This document shows, piece by piece, positions 38,398 to 49,293 of a DNA stretch of 64,000 bases. Below the pieces are notes generated by a model. It was not told the DNA's origin. It did no database searches and was given only the letters and a program-made list of their open reading frames with translations. Numbering within the stretch: position 1 is the first letter of the stretch; every line of letters begins with the position of its first letter. The DNA is from Hydrolagus colliei (Eukaryota). Location of the stretch: assembly GCA_035084275.1 (NCBI GenBank), contig CM068769.1, positions 1,054,001 through 1,118,000 on the forward strand. The letters run 5' to 3'. A program made the translations under genes and the position numbers.

Positions 38398-38850
38398 ACT
38401 GAGGTAAGGACCGTTAACGGGATAAAAAAGGCGTACAAGCTGAGTGCAGCAGGTTCAAATCTTACTGGGTAAGGACCGTCGACGGAATAAAAAAGGCGTA
38501 CAAGCTGGGTGCAGCAGGTTCAAATCTTACTGGGTAAGGACCGTTAACGGGATAAAAAAGGCGTACAAGCTGGGTGCAGCAGGTTCAAAAGTGCACGAGG
38601 TTTAGTTTAGAATTTAAGGTTAATTTAGTTTAAAGTTTAAGGTTGTAAGGATAAGAATTTAGTTTAAAGTATAAGGTTGTAAGTTAAAGTTTAAGGTTGT
38701 AAGGAATAAGATTTAAAGTATAAGAATTTTTAGTTTAAAGTATAAGGTTGTAAGTTAAAGTTTAAGGTTGTAAGGAATAAGATTTAAAGTATAAGAATTT
38801 TTAGTTTAAAGTATAAGGTTGTAATTTTTTTATTATTAAAGTATAAGAAT
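38398..38850 (+). repeat. ERV leader tandem repeats
   Basis: Three 65 bp units with GGTAAGG at 38403, 38468, 38533; then ~71 bp AT-rich units at 38661, 38732, 38803. Confidence 0.85.
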
Positions 38851-38859
38851 TTCAAAAGT

Positions 38860-39063
38860 ATGGGTAATATTGTGGATAAAACTGAGGGGCCGTGTCCCCT
38901 AACGTCTATGTGTAAAATGTTGCCAGAAAATCAGAAAGAGTTGCGATTAGCTTCGGGTCAGTTAAAAAAAATGGGGTGGACAGTATACACCACCAAACAG
39001 AGGAGAGTATTAGGTTGCAGAGGATTAAGAATCAATCTCTTGCTGGACAGTATACACCATTAA
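38860..39063 (+). pseudogene. gag: Truncated gag (matrix N-terminus)
   Basis: MGNIVDK... start after the leader; no capsid, protease or RT motifs found downstream. Confidence 0.55.
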
Positions 39064-40609
39064 GGGATCCCTGTGTTTGGTATCAAGCCCTGACGGGTTA
39101 GCCTGAATAAACAACCTGTTTTGATGAGATACGACTCTAGTGCATTTCACTCATGGTCGAATCTCTAACAATGGCGTAGTCGACAGGATATTCAGTGGCA
39201 CTAAACACAGGAGAGTATTCGGTAGTTAAGAGAAAGACGGTAACGGCTAGAATTAATAAGTGTTGATGTTAGTGTGTGAGGAGAGTATGTATTGATAAAA
39301 CAATATATATTTACTGTGTTTTATATGTTTAACTATGTTATGCTACAACAGATAAATGAAAGTCAAAGACCAGACAGTCGAAAACCAAATGAATATTGAT
39401 TAAAAAAAATTGATTAAAAAAATTAAATGTAGAGACTTACGTTCGAAAATTCAAACAAGTCAGGCATATTTTTTTTAATTAACCTGACTGAGAATACGTT
39501 TTTTTAATACGTAAAAACACATAAAATTGAAATGAAAACAATTTGGATTTGATGTTCCAATAACACCACTTTTTCTGATTAAAAAGAAAGTGTGATGACA
39601 AAATGTCAGGTGAAAAAAAAAAAAAAAAATTTAAGCAATTGCTACCTGAATTTACGGTCTCTATGGGGTATGTTGCGACCCTTTGAATGAGTATTTGGGG
39701 AAGGCCAAAAGTCACAACATGAGTTTGAGGCCACTCTGCATATTATTGATAGACTTGTGCCTCCCTAACTATTCTTTAAAAAGAGCAATCCGAACAGTCA
39801 CAATACTCCTAATTGAAAGTTTTTCCCCGAAGGAAGTTGTGACTGTACGGTCCTTAAGAAAACTTGAGCTCAATGTGTTACCTTTTTTTTGTGTAAAAGA
39901 TGTGTGTAAAAAAAATGTTTGTACCTGTATATGGTTTAGCTTGAATGAGCAGTAATAAAAAAAAAAGAAAGCAAATTGAAGTATGGTTTATGTAATGGAT
40001 GCATTTAAAGTGGACAATGGTGGGTCTGACTTTGCTCTGGAAGCAGAGTATGGCCAGATTTCATCCATGTTCCATAGGTTTGGATTATTTAAAAAGTACC
40101 GGACCGTGATAGGTCTGACTTTTCTCTGGACGCAGAGTATAAGCCAGACACTACCCACGTTCCATATGTACTGAGTAATAGCAAAGTAAAAATACAACCG
40201 ATAATTTGGAATATTTGACGCAAGAACGAAGCGATAAAGTAGAGTAAACTTTGAAGATATACGATTTTTTAAAAAAAAATGAAGCCTGATATATTTTATG
40301 TATCAAATATTTTGTATATTCCAGCATTTACTTAAAATGTTTGTAGAAATTAAATATGGACAAATTAGCTTGTGGCAGTTAACTTGCAGCAGTTAGAATT
40401 TACTGCAGCCATTGACTGTGGGCAGTTTAAATTCACTGACTGCAGGCCCTCTGGTTTATGTGGACAAAATGACTTTACGTAACCCTTTGGTTTCCACATC
40501 AACTGAAAGTGTTTCTGTAGGTAATGATAATGTCATGTTAACAACTGAAAATGTTTAAAGAAACGTGAGATTTCACCTTGTAATTTAGTTCTTACAGATA
40601 CTGACAAGA

Positions 40610-42211
40610 ATGGCATTTCATGCAGCCACTTCTTCTGGGATAACTTATACTTTTCGCTCCAGCTCCTTACAGGATGGAACCCCAGTCTGTATGAAGAAAC
40701 TGGTTCCTCCTAAATCTGCCCAAGCCTGTGAACTAATTGCCCTTGCGGAGGCTTGTAAACACGCTGTGGGAAAACCGGTTACCATATATACTGACTTTCG
40801 CTACGCCTTTGGCGTGGTTCATGATTTTGGGAGGTTGTGGGAAAACCGTGGATTTTTAACTTCATCAGGTCATCCCATTTCTAACGGTACTGAAGTTGTC
40901 AACCTCCTACAATCTGCTCTGCAACCTGCTCAGTTAGCGGTTGTGAAATGTTCTGCCCACACGTTGGCCCAGGATCCGGTCTCACTTGGAAATGGACATG
41001 CGGATAGATGTGCCAAACTAGTGGCTGAGGCCCCACTTGGTACCTATCCAGTTAAAACTGTGGTTCCCATTATTCCCAAACAACGTACTAACATGCCCTC
41101 TGTTTATGATATTGTGTTACTCCAGGAGGACGCTCCGGTGGCAACTCGTCAGTCATGGGTTGAAGAAGGCTGTGCCCTATCCGAGGAAGGGGTCTGGATG
41201 ACCCCTGTCGGTCAGACCTGCATGACTGATGAGCTGGCAGGATGGGTAGTCGCCTGCGGTCACCAACAGACTCATTCGGGGGGTAAACAGCTCTCTGAGT
41301 GGCTCCTTCAGACCTGGTGACACCCATGCATGATGCAGCTGTCTGAGAAAGCTGTCCTCCGGTGCCTATTGTGCTCTGAGCATAATCCTGGGAAAGGGTT
41401 CCCAGTGGTCACCGGTGATACCCCTGTACCTCAACTTCCATTTGAGGTGCTTCAGATGGATTTTATTCACTTACCTAAATGTCAGAATTTCAACTATGTA
41501 TTGGTTATCATCGATGTATTTTCCCGTTGGGTTGAAGCATTTCCAACGGTAAACAATACTGCTGAGACGGTTGTGCGATTGTTGTTACGGGTAATAATTC
41601 CTCGTTTTGGGGTGCCTGGTCGTTTGGTTTCCGACAACGCCCCTCACTTTATTGCCTCTGTTAACCGCTCTCTCTGTTCCCATTTAGACAGTAAACAGTC
41701 GTTTCATTGTGTTTATCATCCCAAAGCGGCGGGCATAGTGGAACGAGTCAATCAGACGATTAAGACAAAACTGGCTAAACTTACAAGGGGGCATGGCTCT
41801 TCATGGGTCCGCTTTTTGCCTCTTGTATTGTTTCAGATTCGCTCGGCACCCACTGTAACTACCCGGTTATCTCCAGCAGAAATTATTTATGGGCGCTCTT
41901 TAATAGGCCCTTGGTCGGCTTCGGCTTCCTCTTCGCTTACTCATATGTCTGCTGACATGGTGGAGTATTTCAAAACTCTTTCTACCATTCTCCGTATTAA
42001 TCAAACAACAGTTTCCAGTCCCTCTAACAATATTAGTTTACCTGATCCTCCTTTACACCCCGGTGATTATGTTATGATTCGCAATTGGGTCAGGAAATGC
42101 CTGGACCCCCGGTGGATAGGTCCTTTCCAAGTTCTCCTCTCAACTCCAACTGCGGTTAAATTAGAGGGGAGAGATCATTGGGTTCACATACATGAGTGTA
42201 AACAATCATGA
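40610..42211 (+). pseudogene. pol: pol remnant: partial RNase H plus integrase, one internal stop
   Basis: SAQACELIAL, TIYTDFRY, KCSAHT, GNGHAD; HQQTH...CLLC zinc motif split by TGA 41318-41320; QMDFI / SDNAP / VERVN catalytic D-D-E; WIGPF C-terminal motif. Confidence 0.93.
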
Positions 42212-42328
42212 AGTGTAAACAACATGATGCTACTGCCTTCACCATTGTCCCGTCCTAGGGTACAATTTTGTTCCTACAGGCTCGAAGACGTCGTGGAAAG
42301 AAGCTCGAAGAAGTTGTGGACGTCGGCG

Positions 42329-43711
42329 ATGAAGAACTACCTGTCACTCTGGTGGAAGACGTTCGATGCCTTCGTGAGACGAAGTGGGCCGACACGATCA
42401 GAAAAACAGAGACTGCTTGGGCAGGGCCTACGATATCCACATTTCAGCCTTGCAAAATGGACAGGGATTCTGATGATATTGGGGATGATGCTGGACACAG
42501 AAGTAGAATGCTCCATAGTAGCAAATACTTTTCTCCTCACTGCGTACAAAACAACGGTGACGCTGGGAGTATCAAGCTGTTGGGTGTGTGCGGCTCTCCC
42601 ACACAGTGCGGGAGGGGGTTTTCCCATGTTGATAGTCCCTTTCAGCAAAATGCAGACAATACGGGCTCTGCAACAATCGGGTTTTAATATGACTGGTGTG
42701 CTAACTAATGAGACAGTTTCCTGTTCTCCCCTCAATAATACTATGTACCGTCAAGATTATAACTGCACACAAAAACCACCATGTATCAAGGTAGAGAAAA
42801 CAGATGGAAGTGTTTGTATAATACGAACAGGCCCAGGGACAAAAGTGGGAGAGAGTTAGTGTTCATATTCTCTGTAATTAGGAAATGCCACCAGTCGGCA
42901 GGATTCGGCGACCATCTCACTCAATGATACTTCTTGTAAGGTGACGGGCAGCCAATAGGAGGCAATCATCCACATTACTCCCCCAGACCACCCAGTACCC
43001 TCATTTAATGGGACATACTGGGTGTGCGGGACTTGGGCATACCCATGGCTGCCAACCAACTGGAGTGGTTCCTGTTACCTTGGACATGTTGTCCCACACC
43101 TGCATATTACAAAACTTTCGGAACACCCGCATACAAAAAACCATATCACACGTAGAGCAGTAGCAAGGTACGAACAGATTTTTGGGGTATTTGTGCCCCC
43201 ATACGGTCTGCTCCGTACTAATCAAGCATTGGGGGCTTTACAAACGGTTTTGGAGGCTGTTGCGAATGAAACCGCGGATGCCTTACAAGACATATCCGCT
43301 GAAATGGTGGCTATTCGCACTGTAACCCTCCAAAACCGGATAGCTCTGGATATATTGCTTGCTGAAAAGGGAGGCTCTTGTGCCTTGATTGGCTCTGAAT
43401 GTTGCTCCTATATTCCGGATGCTTCTGAGAATATTAATAATATTGTACAACACATCCAACAACAAGTCAGAGAATTGCATCAGACTGACGTAAGCCCTGG
43501 TATATGGGGTTGGTTGACCGATTGGTCGATTAGCGGTTGGATGACTAAAATTTTGCCATTTATTATCATAATTGTTATAATCCTGGTAGTTGTATTATGT
43601 TGTTGTATACCCTTATTTTAAAAACTTATACTATCTATGATGACAGGCTGGGATGCCCCGGCAGCAATGTTGTACATGGCTCCTGACGATGATTTCTCAG
43701 CATTCGAGTAG
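42329..43711 (+). pseudogene. env: Gamma-type env with in-frame stops
   Basis: Acceptor ttcctacag 42271-42279; CWVC, furin site ITRR, ISD LQNRIALDILLAEKGG, CX6CC, TM anchor; stops at 42857, 42875, 42956 and 43619 in one frame, tail remnant to 43711. Confidence 0.93.
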
Positions 43712-45032
43712 CAGGTTGTCATGGAATGACAAAAAGGAAGGAATGAGAAGTCAGCTCGTCTGCCATGTACGAATAGTGGTTATTTGCTCGTCTGCTACGC
43801 AACGCATAATAGTTACTTGCAAACCTGTACTACGCTTTGATTTTACCTCTAGCCGACACCTGTGAGCCTGTTACAGAAAGATGCGAATAACAGGGGCCAT
43901 AAGGGTGTCTGGCAGGCATACCAAGGCTATGATATAATTGTAAAGCTCTAGGCTTCGTTATCATCTTGCTTTTAGGTTATCTTGTTGTAAGATGTAGCCG
44001 GCCTATAACTCATTCACTCCCAGGCCATGATGTCTGTATGCTTATCTTGTTGTAAGATGTAGCCGGCCTATAACTCATTCACTCCCAGACCATGATGTCT
44101 GTATGCTTATCTTGTTGTAAGATGCAGTTGACCTATAACTCATTAACTCCTAGGCCATGATGTTTCTGTAAGACAACTGCAAGGCCATATATTGCTGACC
44201 AAATAAGGTAATTAATGTATAACCATGCCCATATATGGTAGACAAAGAATTGAAACTGTATAAAGATGTGTGTATACTAGTAGTTGGTGTGCACTAGTAG
44301 TAGACGGACGAGAGTCTGTAGCAACATAGTGCACCGCTTCATGAATGCTAAATAAACTTGTTTGAATCACACACCCGAGTCACATATTTGTGAACAGAAA
44401 CCCCAACCAAGGTACTGAGACGATTTTTTAGTTTCACAGGAGGAGGTCGGAGGTTTCTAGGGCAGAGATGAAAGTTTGAGTGGGAATCTTCTTCCAGGGC
44501 CAGTAGAAGATGGTGGTGGGTTTGGAAGTGGGAGTGGGTTTCGAGTGTGTTATATGTTGATTGTTTCTATCTGCCGACTCGCAGTTAACTCAATTCACAG
44601 TATATTAACTGAAACACGTTGAGACGTCGAGCAACAACAACCAAATTACATACGTACAGCGTCTTTCCCGTCAGGAAAAAGTCCCAAGTCTCTGAACTGC
44701 TTTAGACACGAGCTGACGATGGCGTGGGAAGGGTGGAGCGGAGGACGTGTTACCGATGGGTCCATCGAAGAGGAGAGTCTTCGGGGGCAAGAATCAAAGG
44801 AGACAAGGCAGACGCGGTAATGATCTCGTACCAAAATTAAAGATTAGTTTTGCTCTTGATTCCTCGACTCTTTTCCTTTATATACCATTATATCACTTTT
44901 TCGCTTGTGGTTTGGAAATATAGTCACGTGTTTCCTGTAAGAGACAGACCAGCAAAGTTACAAGTAGTCAACTAGGGCAACTGTCAGGAATGACATCTGT
45001 GCTTTGAATAAACCCATTAAGGCCTCTTTGTA

Positions 45033-45071
45033 GATTTATGTATGGTGGTGTAGCTTGAAGGCAACACTGTG
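45033..45071 (-). other. 23-RSS of V(a)
   Basis: CACAGTG, 23 nt spacer, ACATAAATC. Confidence 0.85.
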
Positions 45072-46031
45072 CGAGTGATCCCACAATAGTATGTGGCTGA
45101 ATCAGATAGAGCCGCAGCCAGCACAGTTACAGTGGATGACTTGCTGCTCGTGTCCAAACTAATGGTGAAAAGACCTTCAGCAAATTGAGCTCTGAAAGTG
45201 TACCCATCATAATCGGGTATCAGTGTGTACAGAGGAGGCTGGCCTGGATATTAACGGTACAAGTACTTCAAAACATTGGTGAAACCAGCAAAGAAGGTCC
45301 ATCTTGGAGTCAGAGTCCGGCCTTGACTGACAGAGTAGGTTACTTACATACAAGGACACTTCCCTCTGCGATGGTTCAACAACACCTCCATTCGCTGTCA
45401 CTGTAGCCAGGAAGAAAATGTTACAACACAAACTTTGTTTTTTACATTGATCGAACCCCCCTTCACGTCGGTAGGACGTCCCAAGGCGCTGAACCGATAA
45501 GCCCGGACCCGAGCGGCAGGGGGTTTGTGGTGTTTCAGTGCAGGGGGAATGAAAGTAAGCGAGCGGGGAGAGTAAGGTGGGGGAGCACAAGGCACATTCG
45601 AAGAGGAAGTTCTTCAGACCAGCCTTGAAGTAGGAATGGGAGGAAGTGAGGCGAAGGGATTGCGGGTTGAAGTTCTACCGTTTGTGGGCAGAGAGCCTGA
45701 AAGCTCGTCCACCGATGGTAGGGCGATTAGGGTGGGGAACGTGGAGCCGGCCAGAGCCCGCTGAATGGAGGGGACGAGTATGTTCGCAGGGAGGCAGCAG
45801 TTCGGAGTGAAAGGCAGGGGCAAGTTTGTGAATTGCCTTGAAAGTGAGGACGAAGACCTTGAATTTGACCCTCTTGGTGATGGGGTGCCTGTGGAGACGG
45901 GCAAGGGTGAGAGTGATGTGATTGCAAACACCAGCGATACATCCAGAATTTGTTTCAATAGCGAGAGTAGGTTACTTACATACAAGGACCAATAACATTG
46001 AAATGAGCAAAGCAATGTGTTTACTCTCCAT
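45072..46031 (-). pseudogene. TCR alpha/delta-type V pseudogene (a)
   Basis: Leader 45980-46031 MESKHIALLISMLLVLV, V exon 45072-45400 ending LSDSATYYCGIT; 22 nt insertion, first Cys to Trp, Trp to Leu, a stop; L2 fragment in the intron. Confidence 0.88.
45430..45930 (-). mobile_element. L2 3' fragment in the V(a) leader intron
   Basis: GSNSRSSSSLSR-type frame and agcgccttgggacg tail; the paralogous V(f) intron is only ~90 bp. Confidence 0.8.
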
Positions 46032-47844
46032 GTTTCCAAGCGATGAATCAGTTGATTCGATGGGAGAAGTTGAGATGATTGATTGTGTCGGATATGTGCC
46101 TGGAAGCAGAATGGGGAGCAAATGGGGAGCAAAGTTGAATACAGCAGCGACAGATACGCCTCTGTAACAATAGTTTCAAACGCCACCACCGGATTTGTGA
46201 ACTCTGTTTGATTAGGTGACGAATCAACCACTTGGGTCGCACAACTGCCGATCTAAATAGCTTATTGTTGTTGTAACGCAATGCTGGCAGTTTAGTACAT
46301 TGTGAAATGCTATAGCTTTGTAGTTAGAATGATCAGATCACAAGCGAGACCCAAAGTAGTGCACTTTAGTTACTTTTTTTGGTGGAACATTTTGCTAATA
46401 ATAGCAAAAATAATAATCAGTTTTTATATTAAAATTATACAATCCTAACCCTAATATGATTATTAGTTTAATAATAATCCAAATTTTATTATTGTTTTTT
46501 TTAAAAAGGATTGTGATTTAGCGTGTGTGGAGTAAGGAAATTTACTCAAACTTTCGCTCTGATCTGCCTGGATTCGAACACATGTCTCACACTTGTAAGG
46601 CATGTGCCCTAACCACCGAGATACAGCAGCTCTATTGTTTCAGAATGGAACTTGATAGGTTATGTTAGACGCAGCTCATGTGGTGTGTGTCTTTAGTGCG
46701 CCATGTGCTGGTGGATTATATCTACAATGTCTTTACAATTGTAGACATTTGAAAGCAAACTTGTTTGAACCGTCCTAACATTTCACTGCGATGTGCACTA
46801 CTTTTTAAAACACAATTGATAGACAGGTGAGTGTGACAGCATTCCCCAGAAACCATAATCGGTGAGGTTTTTTATGTGATAGAGTAAGTATCATAAGTAA
46901 TAATAATCGTTGGGTTTGAGAATTTGGCATATCACAATTTTAAGTCACTTTGAAGAGATTTAGAACAGGAAAATATAATTGAATTAACTTCATATTGTGT
47001 GGGTAAAAAACGGTAGAACAAGTAAGTAATCAGTGTCCTCATTCTCTGATTGACCAATTTATTATTATTTTGAGTCAATCACTTATTATTACTTCATGGT
47101 GTCTTATAGCTCATTCCATAGAGCACACGCATTTGATGCAAGAAATATGACTTCACTTCTAGACAAGGGGAAAGGTTTGTGAAATTCCCTTACTCTACAC
47201 AACTAATAATAATAATCCCTCGAACATAACAACATTAAATTGGTCGTTTCAATCCACGAGAGTATGTGCCAGATTTGCTTTGTTCAAATGGCTGCCGCGT
47301 TTCACCCACAAAACATATCATCAATTCACTTTACTTTATATGCTTTGTAAAGCAGTTTGATGCGCTTAAAAGACGTGAAGAAAGCTATATCGATGCAAGG
47401 ATTATTACGAGTAGAGTCGTAGTATAGTGAAGCATTTAGGCGGAAGGAATGAGGAAGGGAATTCCAGAATCAGTCTTCGATTCAGTGAACATTTCTTGTG
47501 GGGAAATCGTTATTTGGAAAGAGATGCACCAGTCGATCATCAACCCTGATCCTATTTACTGCTAGTTATATATCTGTGTGTGTAGTAAGAAAACTTGCCT
47601 AAAGTTTTGCCAATTGCAGCCCAGGAATCAAACGCTTGTCTCTCTTTTGTGAGACGAGCGATCTAACACACAGAGGTACTTGTTTCCGCAGTTCATCTCA
47701 TGAGCAAATGAACAAAGGCTTGTCTTGTCTTGAGTGAGGGTCTCTGCTGCTGGTGACTTTTATTTTTGCTTCATACTACAGTGTTAACCTACAGGGTCAT
47801 CGCAAGAATGCAAAGCACATACTGTAACTGACGAAGGGCAAGGC

Positions 47845-47882
47845 AGTTTTTGTACGAGGCTGCCGTGCAGTCTATCACTGTG
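47845..47882 (-). other. RSS of V(b), 22 nt spacer
   Basis: CACAGTG atagactgcacggcagcctcgt ACAAAAACT. Confidence 0.85.
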
Positions 47883-49183
47883 GTGCGAGTGTAGCACAGT
47901 AGTACACCGCGCTGTCAGACATCTGCAGCTCGGAAACGGTTAACATGGTGGATGTATTGGATTTGTGAATATCAGCAGAGAATCGACTGCCAAACCCAGT
48001 GCCTTTGACTGGATTATCATTGCCAGTAGAGTATCTCCGAACTATAAACTCTGGCTGGCTGTGCGAGTAATGTCTGTACCAGTAAAGATAGTAATTGGCT
48101 CCAGTATTTGGATATGTAAAATCTACATTTGCAGTTTCTCCTTCTTTCCGAACCAACGCGGCAGCTTTGTAGCTGAAAGTGTCGCCAGCCCAGAGTTCTG
48201 TAATAGAAAAAGAAGAGTGGGTCCATACGTTATCCACTATTTGCCTCAATTAGCTTTTTCTGAGCTTGAGAAATTATCTCGACTTTACTGGTATTATGAA
48301 TAAGTCATTTGTTAAAAATACAATGATAATAGTTATTAAATTATAGAGAGAACGTGCTTAATTCGTTGTTGTTGTCAGAATTTACTGCACAGAACCTGCT
48401 ATCAAGCTGATTACAAAGTGTTATTGTGGGCGATACAACACGACCAAATATGCCCAGCAGTGTTTCACACACAACCGTGATGGAGTAGCAATATACATAA
48501 GATCAATAATCCTTGCATTTGATACTGCGCTTTTCACGTCATCTAGACCTCTGAAAGCGCTTCACAGAATATACTGCAAAGTGAATTGAATGTAGATTAT
48601 TGGGCGAAACGCGGCATGAGATTGCGCACAAACAGTGTCCCCGCAAACATTCGTGATTGAAATGTTCCAATTTTTTTCTTGCCTGATTTTTTGGTGGACG
48701 GATTATTGATAGGCGTATGGAGTAGAGACACTAGCCTAATGTTTCGCTTTGACAGACTTGGATTCGAACACAAATCTCACTCTTGTAACTCAAGATCCCT
48801 AATCATTCGGCTACTTTTATTATATTTGTCCTTATATTATTATCGAAACTTTGTGTTTCAGTGTGTACTGCCCTCCACAAACTTACCTACAAATCAACTG
48901 AAAGGAGTTTCAGTGGACAATATATTATTATTTCTGTTTTTGTCCGGCAGATGAAGGAAGAGTTATCCTAATTACCGCAGGTAAACTTGCCAAATGTTAC
49001 CACCTGACCAGAAATTAATCTCAGTTTCTATCGCGTGTGATTCAAGGACAGTTACCAATTGGCTAAAGGCTTCCGGCAATTGTTGAGGTGTAGGTGGCAA
49101 TCAGTAGCAACAGTATCTCAACCCAACACGACCTCACCTGAAATAACATTTGCCAGCATTAGACATACAGTCAATAGCCCCAT
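47883..49183 (-). CDS. TCR alpha/delta V segment (b), open frame but first Cys replaced by Phe
   Basis: Leader 49138-49183 MGLLTVCLMLANVIS, V exon 47883-48197 ...ANVDFTYPNTGANYYLYWYRHY...PEFIVRRYS...KGTGFGSRFS...SDSAVYYCAT. Confidence 0.88.
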
Positions 49184-49285
49184 TGTATGTGTCAAGCATC
49201 TGTGGTTATGTCTACGGCCTCAACTGGCTGATATCCCACAATGCTTGTCGTCACTGGCAAAGCCCATATTTTCACGTCACTTGAT

Positions 49286-49293
49286 TGACGTCA
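49286..49293. promoter_or_regulatory. CRE in V(b) promoter; related TGACATCA at 52806 and 62412 upstream of V(c) and V(e)
   Basis: TGACGTCA about 100 bp upstream of the leader ATG; CRE-like motifs are established TCR V promoter elements. Confidence 0.55.

Larger units (their letters stand above)
37468..44438 (+). mobile_element. Young defective class I (gamma/epsilon-like) endogenous retrovirus, 6971 bp
   Basis: 695 bp LTRs 37468-38162 and 43744-44438 (TG...CA), about five substitutions seen, TSD GGAG, PBS, polypurine tract aaaaaggaaggaa, remnants of gag, RNase H-integrase and env. Confidence 0.96.
35150..44545 (-). mobile_element. L2-clade LINE (~2.4 kb) split by the ERV and by a short L2 tail
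   Basis: 3' tail at about 35150, RT frames 35852-36145 (YADD) and 36220-36888 ([10 protein letters not shown]), linker RTWLKSGLTVHRQIW at about 37250-37290, continuing at 44439-44545 beyond the ERV. Confidence 0.9.

Noticed and set aside
38398-38590. CRISPR-like regularly spaced repeats
   Set aside because: Whole units repeat with no unique spacers; vertebrate ERV leader tandem repeat.
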